A stretch of DNA of 64,000 nt from assembly GCA_021848885.1 (NCBI GenBank), contig JAJZTN010000001.1, positions 148 to 64,147 on the forward strand, given 5' to 3'. Shown piece by piece: positions 18,988 through 29,372 of the stretch. Within the stretch, counting starts at the first letter, position 1. Every line of letters begins with the position of its first letter. This stretch comes from Actinomycetes bacterium. GTDB taxonomy: Bacteria > Actinomycetota > Actinomycetes > JAJZTN01. The notes under the pieces are model-generated. The model was not told the origin of the DNA. It worked only from the letters and a program-made list of their open reading frames with translations, and did not search any database. Made by a program: the position numbers and the translations under genes.

Positions 18988-19893
18988 TTGGACATCCGTG
19001 CACTGCGCAGTTTTCTCACCGTCCTCGAACTGACGTCGTTCTCGCGCGCGGCCGAGAGCCTCGGATTCACCCAGTCGGCGATCTCGCAGCAGATCGCCAC
19101 CCTTGAGCGCGAGATCGGCGCCACGCTCGTGGTGCGCCGACCCGTGGGCCCAACACGGGTCGGCGAGCGCTTCGCTGAGCATGCCCGAGAGATCCTGGCC
19201 ACGCTCGACGCGGCGCGCGCCGACACGAAACGGCTCATGGACCTTGACCTGATCGACCCGGTCGTACGGGTCGGGCTGAGCCCGGCCGCCGATGACCGGC
19301 TGATGACCGACGCGATGTCCGGACGCGCCACCCATGCCTCGCACTTCCTGGTCGGCGAGCCTGCAATGGTCGCCGAGCGGTTCAACCTCGGCGCCGTCGA
19401 CCTTGCGGTGGTTGACGGCGTGACCGCGCCGAGCGACCCGCTTGCGATCCGCTACCTGAGCGGCACCTCGGTACGCGTCGTGCGTGAGTCATCACTGTCG
19501 GTCCTGATGCCGGTCGACCATCCATTCGCCCGGCGCCGCGGAGTGGACCTGGCTGCGCTCGGAGCCGCCCTGTGGGTGGACGCGCCGGCCGGCGCCTGCC
19601 CTTCCGCGGCTCTCGGGGCCGCGGCAAGGGAACCGCTACGGCTAGGGATCCGCTACGACGGCGCCCGACGCGCGACGCTGCACGCCCTGGTGCGATCCGG
19701 GCGCGGCCTCGCCTGCGAGCCTGCAGACTCCCCGGTCGGCCCTGGTCTGGTTCTCGTGCCGCTACGCTCCCCGCGCCTCACACATCGCATCGAGGTCTGG
19801 TGGCACGAGCCCGACCGTCGGGCCGTCCTTGAGGTGAAGGAAGGACTCGTAGCGCCGTCCGCCTGGTGGCAAAAGGGTGGTCGTGGCCGTTGA
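18988..19893 (+). CDS. LysR-family transcriptional regulator
   Basis: The N-terminal HTH reads MDIRALRSFLTVLELTSFSRAAESLGFTQSAISQQIATLEREIG, followed by a substrate-binding domain. The gene is divergent from the GATase gene. A TTG start is likely. Confidence 0.9.
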   Translation: MDIRALRSFLTVLELTSFSRAAESLGFTQSAISQQIATLEREIGATLVVRRPVGPTRVGERFAEHAREILATLDAARADTKRLMDLDLIDPVVRVGLSPAADDRLMTDAMSGRATHASHFLVGEPAMVAERFNLGAVDLAVVDGVTAPSDPLAIRYLSGTSVRVVRESSLSVLMPVDHPFARRRGVDLAALGAALWVDAPAGACPSAALGAAAREPLRLGIRYDGARRATLHALVRSGRGLACEPADSPVGPGLVLVPLRSPRLTHRIEVWWHEPDRRAVLEVKEGLVAPSAWWQKGGRGR

Positions 19894-20520
19894 TCAAGTG
19901 GTACGTGCTCCTCTGGATCAATTCGGCGGTCCGTCGAACATCGCTTAACGCCACTTAAGCGCTGTCAAGCGACCGTGCAGTTTCGCGCTTATCGAACGCA
20001 TGCGTTGCGTGCAAGTCGGTGCGATTGCGGGGTCGGCTCCGGGAACCCGGGACAAGGAGCGCGCGCGATGAGATGGCCCTCTACAGGCTCGGTCCGATGC
20101 CGCGTTCATGGCCGGGTGGGTACACGGGGGACAGCGAGTGCCAACGCGTGGGCTCGGCCGCTCGTGCCCGGTTCGCGTCCTCGGTGATCCTCTCGACCGC
20201 GGCTCGTGCTGCCCTGTCGTGTATGAGCTGGGCGGCCTCGGTGACGGGTAGGGCCTCGAGCTCGGCGAGGGTGCGACGTGCGTGGGCTGCGCGGCTGTGC
20301 GACGCGGCGGCGCGGGCCTCGGCGCCGCTGGACCCCTCGCCGACACTCCGCCGGAGCGCCGCCCGTGCGTGTGCGTGGTGCGTGGTGAGGTCATGCAGCT
20401 GTTGGTGGGCTTGTGCGGCGCCCTGTCGCGCTTCGATGACTCGCGGGTCGGTGTCGGCTCGCTGCCCGGCGACGTCCTCGTCCCAGGCGCAGATGCCGAC
20501 CTCCGTCTGCGGCACGTCGC

Positions 20521-20772
20521 CCTGAGACCCACGACCGCGTCCGCCACGACAAGATCGACAAAGCCGGCACCGTCACCCTGCGCGTCGCCTGCCGACTGCG
20601 CCACATCGGCGTCGGTCGAACCTACGCCGGAACCGACATCATCCTGCTCGTCCAAGACCTCCACACCACCATCGTGAACGCCACCACCGGCGAGATCCTC
20701 CGCGACCTGATCATCGACCCACGAAAGGACTACCAGCCCACCGGACGTCCACCCGGCCCCACAAAAACCTAG
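20521..20772 (+). pseudogene. IS481-family transposase, C-terminal fragment
   Basis: The translation ...[82 protein letters not shown] is the characteristic C-terminus of actinobacterial IS481-family transposases. There is no start and no upstream catalytic core. Confidence 0.6.
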
Positions 20773-20773
20773 A

Positions 20774-20798
20774 CCGGACCTGCAGATCGCAGGTCCGG
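20774..20798. terminator. GC-rich hairpin (CCGGACCTGC-agat-GCAGGTCCGG) between the IS481 fragment stop and the tRNA-Pro 3' end; likely tRNA terminator / element boundary
   Basis: A perfect 10-bp inverted repeat with a 4-nt loop lies immediately 3' of the minus-strand tRNA. Confidence 0.45.
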
Positions 20799-20825
20799 CC
20801 CATTCCGATGTCCCGAGACATCACA

Positions 20826-20901
<76 letters not shown>

Positions 20902-20950
20902 GAAGTGCCGCCGCAGTCTAGCCGAGCGTCGGGGGCCCGGCGAACCGAGC

Positions 20951-21895
20951 TCAGCGCGGCAGCAGGGTGAGCAGGGTCGCCTCGGGTGGGCAGGCGAAGC
21001 GCACCGGTGCGTACGGCGAGGTGCCCAGCCCGGCCGAGACGTGCAGCCAGCCCCGGGCGGTGCCGTAGGGCGTGGCGACCACGTGCTCGGACAGCCCGCG
21101 GGCCCGGCCCGGGTCCAGGTCGCAGTTGGTCACCAGGGCGCCGAGGCCGGGCACCCGCAGCTGACCGCCGTGGGTGTGCCCCGCCAGCACCAACGAGAAC
21201 CCGTCGGCGACCATCCGGTCGACGACCCGGTGGTAGGGGGCGTGCACCACGCCCAGCCCGAGGTCGACCTCGGGTGAGACCCGCCCGGCCACCTCCTCGT
21301 AGCGGTCGAGGTTGATGTGCGGGTCGTCGGTGCCCACCAGCTCGACTGAGTGCCCACCGACGCGCAGCACGGTGCGGGCGTTGTCCAGGTCCACCCAACC
21401 TCGCGCCATCAGCCCCTCGCTCAGGTCCTTCCAGGGCAGGTGCCGGCCGTGCACACGCACCTGCTCGCCCCTGGGCAGCAGGTAGCGGGCCGGGTTCTTC
21501 GGCTTCGGTCCGTAGTAGTCGTTGGAGCCGCGCACGAAAACCCCAGGGATCTCCAGCAGCGGGCCGAGTGCGTCGAGCAGGTCCGGCACGGCGTCGGCGT
21601 GCGCGATGTTGTCCCCGGTGTCGACCACGAGGTCCGGCTCCAGGTGGGCCAGCCGGTTGATCCAGGCCCGCTTGCGTGCCTGGTTAGGGGTCAGGTGCAG
21701 GTCGGATAGGTGCAGCACGCGAAGCGGGGCCACCCCGGCTGGCAGCACCGCCACCTCGACCCGGCGGAGCCGGTAGGAGCGCACCTCGTAGCCGGCCGCG
21801 TAGGCCAGCCCTGCCGCCGCGGCAGCGAGCGCGGCACCAGCCAGCTGGGTCCGGCGCCTGGGGGCGAGGATCCACGGGGTCGGGCGTCGGGGCAT
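20951..21895 (-). CDS. Membrane-anchored metallophosphoesterase (calcineurin-like)
   Basis: An N-terminal TM is followed by the phosphoesterase motifs LHLSDLHL, DTGDN, GSNDYY and GHTHGGQ. Confidence 0.85.
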   Translation of the reverse strand: MPRRPTPWILAPRRRTQLAGAALAAAAAGLAYAAGYEVRSYRLRRVEVAVLPAGVAPLRVLHLSDLHLTPNQARKRAWINRLAHLEPDLVVDTGDNIAHADAVPDLLDALGPLLEIPGVFVRGSNDYYGPKPKNPARYLLPRGEQVRVHGRHLPWKDLSEGLMARGWVDLDNARTVLRVGGHSVELVGTDDPHINLDRYEEVAGRVSPEVDLGLGVVHAPYHRVVDRMVADGFSLVLAGHTHGGQLRVPGLGALVTNCDLDPGRARGLSEHVVATPYGTARGWLHVSAGLGTSPYAPVRFACPPEATLLTLLPR

Positions 21896-21951
21896 CCGGC
21901 CATGGTGCCATCGAGGCTGGTGGCGGTGGGAACTGGTGGGAGACTGCCCGC

Positions 21952-22431
21952 GTGTCCACCGATCCCACCCCCACCCTGAAGGCCCGGTTGCGGGCCGACC
22001 TGTCCGCCGCGATCAAGGGCCGGGACGAGCTGCGCTCGGCGACGATCCGGATGGCACTGACCGCCATCACCACCGCGGAGGTGGCCGGGGCCGTTGCCCG
22101 GGAGCTCAGCGACGAGGAGGTCCTCGTGGTGCTGGGCAAGGAGGCCAAGAAGCGCCGCGAGGCGGCCGAGGCCTTCGCGGGGGCCGGCCGCGCCGAGCTG
22201 GCCAGCCGGGAGCTGGACGAGCTGGGCGTGCTGGAGGGCTACCTGCCGCGGCCGTTGACCGACGCCGAGCTGGACGAGGTCGTCGAGCGGGCGCTGGCCG
22301 GGCTGGGCGAGCTGGCGGCCGGGCCGGCGGCGATGGGCCCGGCGATGAAGGCCGCGCAGGCCGCAGTGGCCGGGCGCGCCGAGGGCGGCCGGGTGGCTGC
22401 CGCCGTACGCCGCCGGCTGAGCGCCGACTGA
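21952..22431 (+). CDS. GatB/YqeY-domain protein
   Basis: 159 aa. The helical YqeY fold signature reads LKARLRADLSAAIKGRDELRSATIRMALTAI. Confidence 0.85.
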   Translation: MSTDPTPTLKARLRADLSAAIKGRDELRSATIRMALTAITTAEVAGAVARELSDEEVLVVLGKEAKKRREAAEAFAGAGRAELASRELDELGVLEGYLPRPLTDAELDEVVERALAGLGELAAGPAAMGPAMKAAQAAVAGRAEGGRVAAAVRRRLSAD

Positions 22432-22492
22432 GCGCCGGCTGAGCGCCGACTGAACCGGCTCGGCCGAGCGGCTGGCCCCAGCCTCGCCCGGC

Positions 22493-24916
22493 TCAGCCGC
22501 CCGCGGGGAGTGTCGGGCAGTTCTTCTTCTTCGTGCAGGTCGGGCTCGGCAGCGGCAGGATCGTGAACGTCGGGTTCGGCGTCGGTGATGCCGTCATCGT
22601 GGCACCGCTGGTGTCGGTCGGTGTAGGCGTCGGCGTGGGTGTCGGCGGGGTGCCGTTGCTCAGCTGCAGCGCCACCACCTCACCGGAGGCCGCCTTGGCG
22701 CCGGCCGCGGGAGCGGTGGCGGCGACCGTTCCTGCCGGCTGGATGGAGTCGACCATGATCGGGTCGACCTGGGCGAGCAGGCCTACGGCCTGCAGCGCCC
22801 GGGCCGCGTCGGCCGGGGTCATCCCGGTGACGTCGGGGACCGTGACGCCGATGCCGTTGACCACCGTCGGGTCCGGCCCCGGGAAGGTGCTGACCGGGAC
22901 GTTCGCCAGGGCCGCGCTCATCGCCTTCTGCCAGATCGGGCCGGGCAGGCAGCCACCGCACACCTGGGCGTAGTAGCGCCCGCCGATCGTGACGTTGCGC
23001 AGGCTGTAGGTCGCGGTGTCGGGATTGCCGGCCCACACCGCGGCGGAGAGGTCGGGGGTGTAGCCGTCGTACCAGACCGAGACCAACCCGTCGGTGGTGC
23101 CGGTCTTGCCGGCGGCCGGACGACCGATGCCCAGCCGGGCTCCGGTGCCACCGGGCTTCATGACGCCCTGCAGCAGGTAGTTGACCGCGTCGGCCACCTT
23201 CTGCGGGATGGCCTGCTGGCACGAGGGGGCGGGCCGGGCGATCACCGCGTTGTTCCGGTCGACCACCGAGGTGATGACCATCGGGTCACAGTGCAGCCCC
23301 CGGGCGGCGAAGGTGGCGTATGCCTGGGCCATCGTCAACGGCGAGACCGTGGCCACCCCGAGGGTGAACGACTTCACCATCGGAAGTGGTGAGCCGTTGG
23401 CGTTGGTCACCCCGAGGTCGGTGGCGACATGCCAGGGGTCGCACACCCCGACGCGCTGCTCGAGCTGGGCGAAATAGGTGTTGATCGACCCCGCGATGCC
23501 GCTGGCCATCGTGTAGGTGCCGTTCTCCGAGCGCAGCTCGTTGGTGGGCGACCACCGGTCGGTGAGCACCTGCCCGTTGCAGGCTGCCACGTTGCCGATC
23601 TGCACCTGGTAGGGCGCCTTGATCGGGTAGTTCAACGGGTAGCCCTTCTCGATCGCGGCCGCGGCCACGAAGGGCTTGAACGTCGAGCCGGCCTGGAACC
23701 CTCCGCTGGCTCCGTACTTCTGGTCGACCGCGTAGTTGACCGTGGTCTGGCCCTTGCCCTGCCCGTAGGGGCGGCTCTGGGCGATGGCGAGCACCTTGCC
23801 GGTGCCCGGCTGCACCATCGCGATCGCCGAGGCGACCGTGTCGGTTGGGCTGACGAAGGCGTTCACCGCGTCCTGGGCCGCTTTCTGCACATCCGGGTCC
23901 AGCGTGGTGCGGATGGTCAGCCCGCCGCGGCGAAGCAGCTGGGCGCGAGCATCCGGTGTCGAGCCGAACTGCGGGTCGTTCAGGATGGTCTGCTGGATGT
24001 AGTCGCAGAAGAACGGGTAGGGCCCGTTGGCGCAGCCGTTCTCGGTCGGGCTCACCTTCAGCCCGAGCGGGGCCGCCCGGGCGGCCGCGGCCTGTGCGGC
24101 GCTGAGGTGGCCGAGCTCGGCCATCCGTTCCAGCACGATGTTGCGTCGCTGCAGCGCGAGCGTCGGGTCGCGGGTGGGGTCATAGCTGACCGGGGACTGC
24201 ACCAGGCCGGCCAGCAGTGCCGCCTGCGCAAGGGTGAGGTCGGCGGCCGAGACGCTGAAGTAGTGCCGGGCCGCGGCCTCCACGCCGTACGCACCGCTGC
24301 CGAAGTAGGCGATGTTGAGGTAGCGGTTGAGGATCTCGTCCTTGCTGTAGCGCTCCTCCAGCGCGATGGCGTAGCGCAGCTCGCGGATCTTGCGGCCATA
24401 GTCGACCGCCCGCGCGTCCTGCGCGGCCTGGGCGTTGCCGGAGGCGGCCGCGCTCTCCACCAGGACGTTCTTGACGTACTGCTGGGTCAGGGTGGAGCCG
24501 CCCTGCACCGCCTGGCCCGAGGTGTTGCTGACGAAGGCTCGCAGCGTGCCACGCAGGTCCATGCCGCCGTGCTCGTAGAAGCGGGAGTCCTCGATGTCGA
24601 CGATGGCCTGGCGCATCACCGGGGCGATCTGGCTCAGCGGTACGTCGATGCGGTTCTCGAAGTAGAAGGTGGCGATGACGTGGCCCTGGTCGTCGAGGAT
24701 CCTGGTGCGCTGCGGCAGGGCGGGGATGTCCAAGGAGCTGGGCAGCAACTCGAACGAGGCGATGCCCGAGCGGGTGAGCCAGCCCAGGCCCCCGGTGACG
24801 GGGACGAGCAGACCGGCCAGCAGCAGCCCGGCCACGACGGTGAGCACCAGGAAGCCGAACAGCCGACCGAGGTAGCCGCCCGGGGAGGCCAGGCGATTGG
24901 CGGCGGAGCGTGGCAT
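22493..24916 (-). CDS. ponA: Bifunctional class A penicillin-binding protein (PBP1A-type) with C-terminal PASTA domain
   Basis: An N-terminal TM is followed by the glycosyltransferase motifs EDSRFYEHGG and RYLNIAYFG. The transpeptidase motifs are STFKP, SxN and KTGT. The C-terminal PASTA domain is followed by a Pro/Thr-rich tail. The start is taken at MPRSAANR; the ORF extends to 25093. Confidence 0.85.
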   Translation of the reverse strand: MPRSAANRLASPGGYLGRLFGFLVLTVVAGLLLAGLLVPVTGGLGWLTRSGIASFELLPSSLDIPALPQRTRILDDQGHVIATFYFENRIDVPLSQIAPVMRQAIVDIEDSRFYEHGGMDLRGTLRAFVSNTSGQAVQGGSTLTQQYVKNVLVESAAASGNAQAAQDARAVDYGRKIRELRYAIALEERYSKDEILNRYLNIAYFGSGAYGVEAAARHYFSVSAADLTLAQAALLAGLVQSPVSYDPTRDPTLALQRRNIVLERMAELGHLSAAQAAAARAAPLGLKVSPTENGCANGPYPFFCDYIQQTILNDPQFGSTPDARAQLLRRGGLTIRTTLDPDVQKAAQDAVNAFVSPTDTVASAIAMVQPGTGKVLAIAQSRPYGQGKGQTTVNYAVDQKYGASGGFQAGSTFKPFVAAAAIEKGYPLNYPIKAPYQVQIGNVAACNGQVLTDRWSPTNELRSENGTYTMASGIAGSINTYFAQLEQRVGVCDPWHVATDLGVTNANGSPLPMVKSFTLGVATVSPLTMAQAYATFAARGLHCDPMVITSVVDRNNAVIARPAPSCQQAIPQKVADAVNYLLQGVMKPGGTGARLGIGRPAAGKTGTTDGLVSVWYDGYTPDLSAAVWAGNPDTATYSLRNVTIGGRYYAQVCGGCLPGPIWQKAMSAALANVPVSTFPGPDPTVVNGIGVTVPDVTGMTPADAARALQAVGLLAQVDPIMVDSIQPAGTVAATAPAAGAKAASGEVVALQLSNGTPPTPTPTPTPTDTSGATMTASPTPNPTFTILPLPSPTCTKKKNCPTLPAGG

Positions 24917-24960
24917 GCACCGCAGGGTACGTGCTGCACCGTGCCGGGCCCAGTCAGCTC

Positions 24961-25040
24961 GCCCCCCGGCTCCGCCCGTAGGGCCCCCCGGCTCCGCCCG
25001 TAGGGCCCCCCGGCTCCGCCCGTAGGGCCCCCCGCGGGGC
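24961..25040. repeat. Three tandem 22-nt repeats (gccccccggctccgcccgtagg) plus a partial copy in the ponA upstream region
   Basis: Perfect direct repeats are visible in the sequence, about 45-125 bp upstream of the ponA start and 190 bp upstream of the divergent whiB start. Confidence 0.8.
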
Positions 25041-25228
25041 GTGATAACTAGTCCTTTAGAGCTACATGAACATGGACCGATGGGGGCTGTCACGCGCGGT
25101 GGTCATCTCCGTAGCGTGCTGGTATCGACTTGACAGAGACTTTGCTAGACGTTGGGCTGTTCCTGTCGGATGATGACCGGGCCAGGTCGCCCAGGGTGAG
25201 CGCGGCACGGGAGAACGGACGGTCTGCG

Positions 25229-25537
25229 ATGACGTGGGAGACCGAGTGGGCGACGCGGGGAGCCTGCCGAACCACTGACCCTGACATGCTTTTTGTCCAG
25301 GGGGCGGCGCAGAACCGCGCAAAGTCGGTCTGCACGGGCTGCCCAGTGCGTGCAGAGTGCCTGGCCGACGCGCTGGACAACCGCGTCGAGTTCGGTGTCT
25401 GGGGCGGGATGACTGAGCGTGAGCGTCGCGCTCTGCTACGTCGGCGACCGAACGTGACGTCCTGGCGCACGCTGCTGCAGGCGGCCCGGGAAGACTACGA
25501 GCGCCATTACGGAGTGTCGCTGCCGGTCGCCATGTAA
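25229..25537 (+). CDS. whiB: WhiB-family transcription factor (Fe-S redox sensor)
   Basis: Four conserved Cys (C..C..C..C: GACRTTDPDMLF...CTGCPVRAEC) and the C-terminal GVWGG turn plus basic tail. A TTGACA-like -35 hexamer lies upstream at about 25126. Confidence 0.85.
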   Translation: MTWETEWATRGACRTTDPDMLFVQGAAQNRAKSVCTGCPVRAECLADALDNRVEFGVWGGMTERERRALLRRRPNVTSWRTLLQAAREDYERHYGVSLPVAM

Positions 25538-25622
25538 GGGGTCCGGGCCGGGCGGTGCCTGGTGCGGGACGCGCCCGAGGAGGGGTGGGCACGTCCCGCA
25601 CCAGTTGCGTCTCGGGCCCGTG

Positions 25623-26837
25623 TCAGCGGCGGGTGTCAGCGGCGCCCGGGGCATTGTCCGAGGCGCTGCCCCAGGCGAGGTCCCGTGCCAGGTCGCGCAG
25701 CCCGTCCAGGTCGTGCACATCTCCGGGCCGGGCCACCACCTCGACCACGCCGACCTTGGGATGCGCTGCGGTGAAGCGCTCGGCCAGATGGCGCTCGCGG
25801 GCGATCAGCCGCTCCCGGTCGGCGTGCAGCCTGAGCAGCTCGGCGGTGAGCCGGTGGGCCCCGGTCGCCTCCAGCTGCTCGGCGGCGGCCAGTGCCCGCT
25901 CAGGGGAGATCTCCGGTGCGTCCGTGGCGTGCACCCGGTTGAGCACCAGACCACCCAGCGGCATGCCCTCCTCGGCCAGCCGCTCGGTGAAGTACGACGC
26001 CTCGCGTAGCGCGTCGCGCTCCGGGATGGCCACCACGAGGAAGCTTGTGCCGGGTGCCTTCAGCAGCCGGTAGGTGGACTCGGCCCGCTCACGGAACCCC
26101 CCGAACAGGGTGTCGAAGGCGGCGACGAAGGTCTGCACGTCCTTGAGCACCTGGGCGCCGAGAACCCTGGTCAGCGCCCCGGTCACCATGCTGAAGCCGG
26201 TGTTGAGGACTCTCAGGTAAGCCCGGCCGCCGGCCTTGGCAGGGGCCAGAAGGATCTTGATCAGCCGGCCGTCGAGGAAGGAGCCGAGCCGCTTGGGTGC
26301 GTCGAGGAAGTCCAGCGCCGAGCGGCTCGGCGGGGTGTCCACGACGATGAGGTCCCACTGCCCGGTCCGGTCCGCCTGGGCGCGCAGCTGCCCGAGCTTC
26401 TCCATCGCCATGTACTCCTGGGTGCCGGCGAAGCTGGAGGACAGCGACTGGTAGAAGGGGTTGTCCAGGATGGCCTGCGCCCGAGCCTCGTCGGCGTGCG
26501 CCAGGACGATCTCGTCGAAGGTCCGCTTCATGTCAAGCATCATCGCGTCGAGGGACCCGCCGGCCCTCTGGTCGACCCCGGGCACCCGGCGTGGGGTGTT
26601 GTCCAGCTCGGTCAGGCCCATCGACTGGGCCAGTCGCCGCGCCGGGTCGATTGTCAGCACCACGACGTTGCGGCCCCGCTCTGCGGCGTGCAGCGCCAGG
26701 GCCGCGGCCGTGGTGGTCTTGCCGACGCCACCGGCCCCGCAGCACACCACGGTCCGGATCCGGCGGTCCCCGATCAGCCCGCCCAGGTCCAGGGTCGGCC
26801 CCAGCGGCGGGTGCCCGCTCGGACCCGCCGCGCTCAC
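25623..26837 (-). CDS. ArsA/Get3-family anion-transporting-type ATPase (second of a pair)
   Basis: The deviant Walker A reads [17 protein letters not shown]. It lies in tandem, with overlapping stop/start, to another ArsA-like gene. This paired arrangement is conserved in actinobacteria. Confidence 0.8.
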   Translation of the reverse strand: MSAAGPSGHPPLGPTLDLGGLIGDRRIRTVVCCGAGGVGKTTTAAALALHAAERGRNVVVLTIDPARRLAQSMGLTELDNTPRRVPGVDQRAGGSLDAMMLDMKRTFDEIVLAHADEARAQAILDNPFYQSLSSSFAGTQEYMAMEKLGQLRAQADRTGQWDLIVVDTPPSRSALDFLDAPKRLGSFLDGRLIKILLAPAKAGGRAYLRVLNTGFSMVTGALTRVLGAQVLKDVQTFVAAFDTLFGGFRERAESTYRLLKAPGTSFLVVAIPERDALREASYFTERLAEEGMPLGGLVLNRVHATDAPEISPERALAAAEQLEATGAHRLTAELLRLHADRERLIARERHLAERFTAAHPKVGVVEVVARPGDVHDLDGLRDLARDLAWGSASDNAPGAADTRR

Positions 26838-27889
26838 GCCGCGCCGCCGGCGGTGAGCCGAGCGGAGAGCTCGTAGAGCGCACCGAGGTCGATCCCGCCG
26901 TGCACCAGAGGCAGCTCGTAGGTCGGGCGAGCCAGCCCTGCCAGGCTGCGCCGTTCGGCGCGCTCCAGCTGGACCCGCAGCGCGTGCCGGCGCGCCTCGG
27001 CCAGCAGCCCGCGGGCCGAACCCTCCGGCAGGCCGACGGCGGTCAGGCCGGCCGCCACCTGCTCGACGTCGAGCCCACCGCGAGCCGCCGCGTCGATCTC
27101 ACGGGCCCGCAGCGGTGAGGTGCGCACCATGTTCACCACGATCCCGCCGACCTGCAGCCCGGCGGCCTCCAGCTGGGCGACCCCGTCGGTGGTCTCCTGC
27201 ACCGGCATCTCCTCGAGCACCGTGACCAGGTGCACGGCGGTCTGTGGTGATCCGATCAACCGCATGATCGCGTCGGCCTGGTTGCGGATCGGGCCGACCC
27301 GCGCAAGCCCGGCCACCTCGGAGTTGACGTTGAGGAAGCGGGTGATCCGCCCGGTGGGCGGGGCGTCCATGACGACCGCGTCGTACACCGGCACCCCGGC
27401 CTGGCGTCGGTTGGTCGCCTCGTAGGCCTTGCCCGTCAGCAGCACGTCGCGCAGCCCCGGAGCGATCGTCGTGGCGAAGTCGATGGCGCCGATGCGGTCG
27501 AGCATCTTCCCGGCCCGCCCGGCCCGGTAGAACAGCTCGAGGTACTCCAGCAGCGCAGCCTCGGGGTCGATGGCCAGTGCCATGACCTCGCCGCCATCGG
27601 GTGCAAGCGCGACGCGGCGCTCCTGGTAGGGAAGCGGCGGGGAGTCGAAGAGCCCGGCGATGCCCTGCCGGCCCTCCACCTCGACCAGCAGGGTACGCCG
27701 GCCCCCGTTGGCCAGCGCGATCGCCAGCGCGGCCGCCACGGTGGTCTTGCCGGTGCCGCCCTTGCCGGTGACCACGTGCAGGCGCACGCCCTCCCAGTCG
27801 CTGCCACGCATCGCCCTGGTCACCTGCCGCAGCGTAGTGATCGCCGCCGGGCCGGTCGCACCTATCGGGCGGCGATACGCTCCGGGCAT
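26834..27889 (-). CDS. ArsA/Get3-family ATPase (first of the pair)
   Basis: [23 protein letters not shown]... The alternative start MRGSDWEG at 27811 is closer to homolog N-termini. The ATG at 27889 overlaps the divergent DUF4177 start in a CATG palindrome. Confidence 0.8.
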   Translation of the reverse strand: MPGAYRRPIGATGPAAITTLRQVTRAMRGSDWEGVRLHVVTGKGGTGKTTVAAALAIALANGGRRTLLVEVEGRQGIAGLFDSPPLPYQERRVALAPDGGEVMALAIDPEAALLEYLELFYRAGRAGKMLDRIGAIDFATTIAPGLRDVLLTGKAYEATNRRQAGVPVYDAVVMDAPPTGRITRFLNVNSEVAGLARVGPIRNQADAIMRLIGSPQTAVHLVTVLEEMPVQETTDGVAQLEAAGLQVGGIVVNMVRTSPLRAREIDAAARGGLDVEQVAAGLTAVGLPEGSARGLLAEARRHALRVQLERAERRSLAGLARPTYELPLVHGGIDLGALYELSARLTAGGAA

Positions 27890-28043
27890 GACGACCTGGG
27901 AGTACGCGACCGTCCCGCTGCTGGTGCATGCGACGAAGCAGATTCTGGACACCTGGGGCTCGGACGGCTGGGAGCTGGTCACCGTCGTACCCGGCCCCAG
28001 TGCCGACCAGCTGGTGGCCTACCTCAAGCGGCCGCGGTCATGA
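27888..28043 (+). CDS. Small DUF4177-like protein (51 aa)
   Basis: [49 protein letters not shown]. Its stop overlaps the ridA start (ATGA). Confidence 0.55.
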   Translation: MTTWEYATVPLLVHATKQILDTWGSDGWELVTVVPGPSADQLVAYLKRPRS

Positions 28044-28516
28044 GCGACGCGCTGACCCCCGAGCAGCGGCTGGCCAACCTGGGTCTGCGGCTGCCCGAGG
28101 TGCCCACCCCGGTGGCGGCGTACCTGCCTGCGGTGCGCAGTGGTCCATGGGTCTACACCTCCGGGCAGCTGCCCAGCGTCGGCGGCACGCTGCAGGCCAC
28201 CGGGAGGCTCGGGGCCGAGATCAGTCCCGAGCAGGGCTACGAGCTGGCCCGCACCTGCGCACTGAACGCGATTGCCGCCATCCGGTCGGTGACCGGGGAG
28301 CTCTCCCGGGTCACCCGGGTGGTCAAGGTGGTCGGTTTCGTGGCCAGCGCGCCGGGGTTCACCGGGCAGCCGGGGGTGCTCAACGGGGCCAGCGAGCTGC
28401 TCGGGGAGGTCTTCGGAGCCGCCGGCCGGCACGCGCGCAGCGCGGTCGGAGTGGCCGAGCTGCCGCTGGGTGCCCCGGTCGAGGTCGAGGTCATCGTCGA
28501 GGTTAGCGACGGCTGA
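28040..28516 (+). CDS. RidA/YjgF/TdcF-family reactive-intermediate deaminase-like protein
   Basis: 158 aa chorismate-mutase-like fold. The translation has VVKVVGFV and GVAELPLGAPVEVEVIV. Confidence 0.8.
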   Translation: MSDALTPEQRLANLGLRLPEVPTPVAAYLPAVRSGPWVYTSGQLPSVGGTLQATGRLGAEISPEQGYELARTCALNAIAAIRSVTGELSRVTRVVKVVGFVASAPGFTGQPGVLNGASELLGEVFGAAGRHARSAVGVAELPLGAPVEVEVIVEVSDG

Positions 28517-28541
28517 GCGTCTCGCGCACTCAGCCCAGCCG

Positions 28542-29372
28542 ATGCCGGCTGGGCTGGAGGTGCGCGCTCGGGCCTTCCTGTCCGGGCAGGTCGAGCCTGC
28601 GCCCACCCGGGACGCCGCCACGGTCGCGCTGGTCCGTGACGGCGCGGCGGGGCTGGAGGTGCTGCTGCTGCGCCGGGTGGCCACGATGGCCTTCGCCGCC
28701 GGCATGCACGTCTTCCCCGGCGGGCGGGTCGACCCTGCCGACGCCGACCCGGGCACCGCCTGGAGCGGGCCGGACCCGGACTGGTTCGGCCAGCGGCTCG
28801 GCTGCCCCGCCGAGACCGCCCGGGCCTTGGTGTGCGCGGCGGTGCGGGAGACCTTCGAGGAGTGCGGTGTGCTGCTCGCCGAACCCGCGGATGCCGCGGG
28901 TGGGCCGGACGCACCGGAGCACGACTGGGAGGCGCAGCGCACCGCGTTGCTGCAGCGGCAGGCCACGTTGGGCGGACTGCTGGCCCGGCGCGGGCTGGCG
29001 GTCGGGGCCGGGCTGCTGCGCCCGCTCGCGCACTGGATCACCCCGGAGTTCGAGCCGCGCCGCTACGACACCCGTTTCTTCCTGGCTCGGCTGCCGGATG
29101 GGCAGCGGGCCCGCCACGTCGGCGGCGAGGCCGCGCAGACCGGGTGGCTGCGCCCCCAGGAGGCCCTGGACCGCCACGCGGCCGGCCAGATGGCGATGCT
29201 GCCCCCGACGGTCGACGTGCTCGCTGTGCTGTCCGGTGTGCCGGACGTGGCTGCGGCCTTCACGCTGGAGACCCCTATCGTCGCGCTGCTGCCACGACCG
29301 GTGCTCGACGCCCAGGGCCGGCTGCTGCTGGACGTGCGGCCGCGCGCGGACCCGGTCGGGCCGAACCGGTGA
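28542..29372 (+). CDS. NUDIX hydrolase
   Basis: The Nudix box reads GGRVDPADADPGTAWSGPD...AAVRETFEECG, matching GX5EX7REUXEEXGU. The start is approximate. Confidence 0.7.
   Translation: MPAGLEVRARAFLSGQVEPAPTRDAATVALVRDGAAGLEVLLLRRVATMAFAAGMHVFPGGRVDPADADPGTAWSGPDPDWFGQRLGCPAETARALVCAAVRETFEECGVLLAEPADAAGGPDAPEHDWEAQRTALLQRQATLGGLLARRGLAVGAGLLRPLAHWITPEFEPRRYDTRFFLARLPDGQRARHVGGEAAQTGWLRPQEALDRHAAGQMAMLPPTVDVLAVLSGVPDVAAAFTLETPIVALLPRPVLDAQGRLLLDVRPRADPVGPNR

Noticed and set aside
20081-20515. 144-aa Ala/Arg-rich ORF upstream of the IS481 C-terminal fragment
   Set aside because: It has no recognisable motifs and is antisense to an equally long junk ORF. It could be a real hypothetical, but the evidence is insufficient. 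It is mentioned only as part of the islet.
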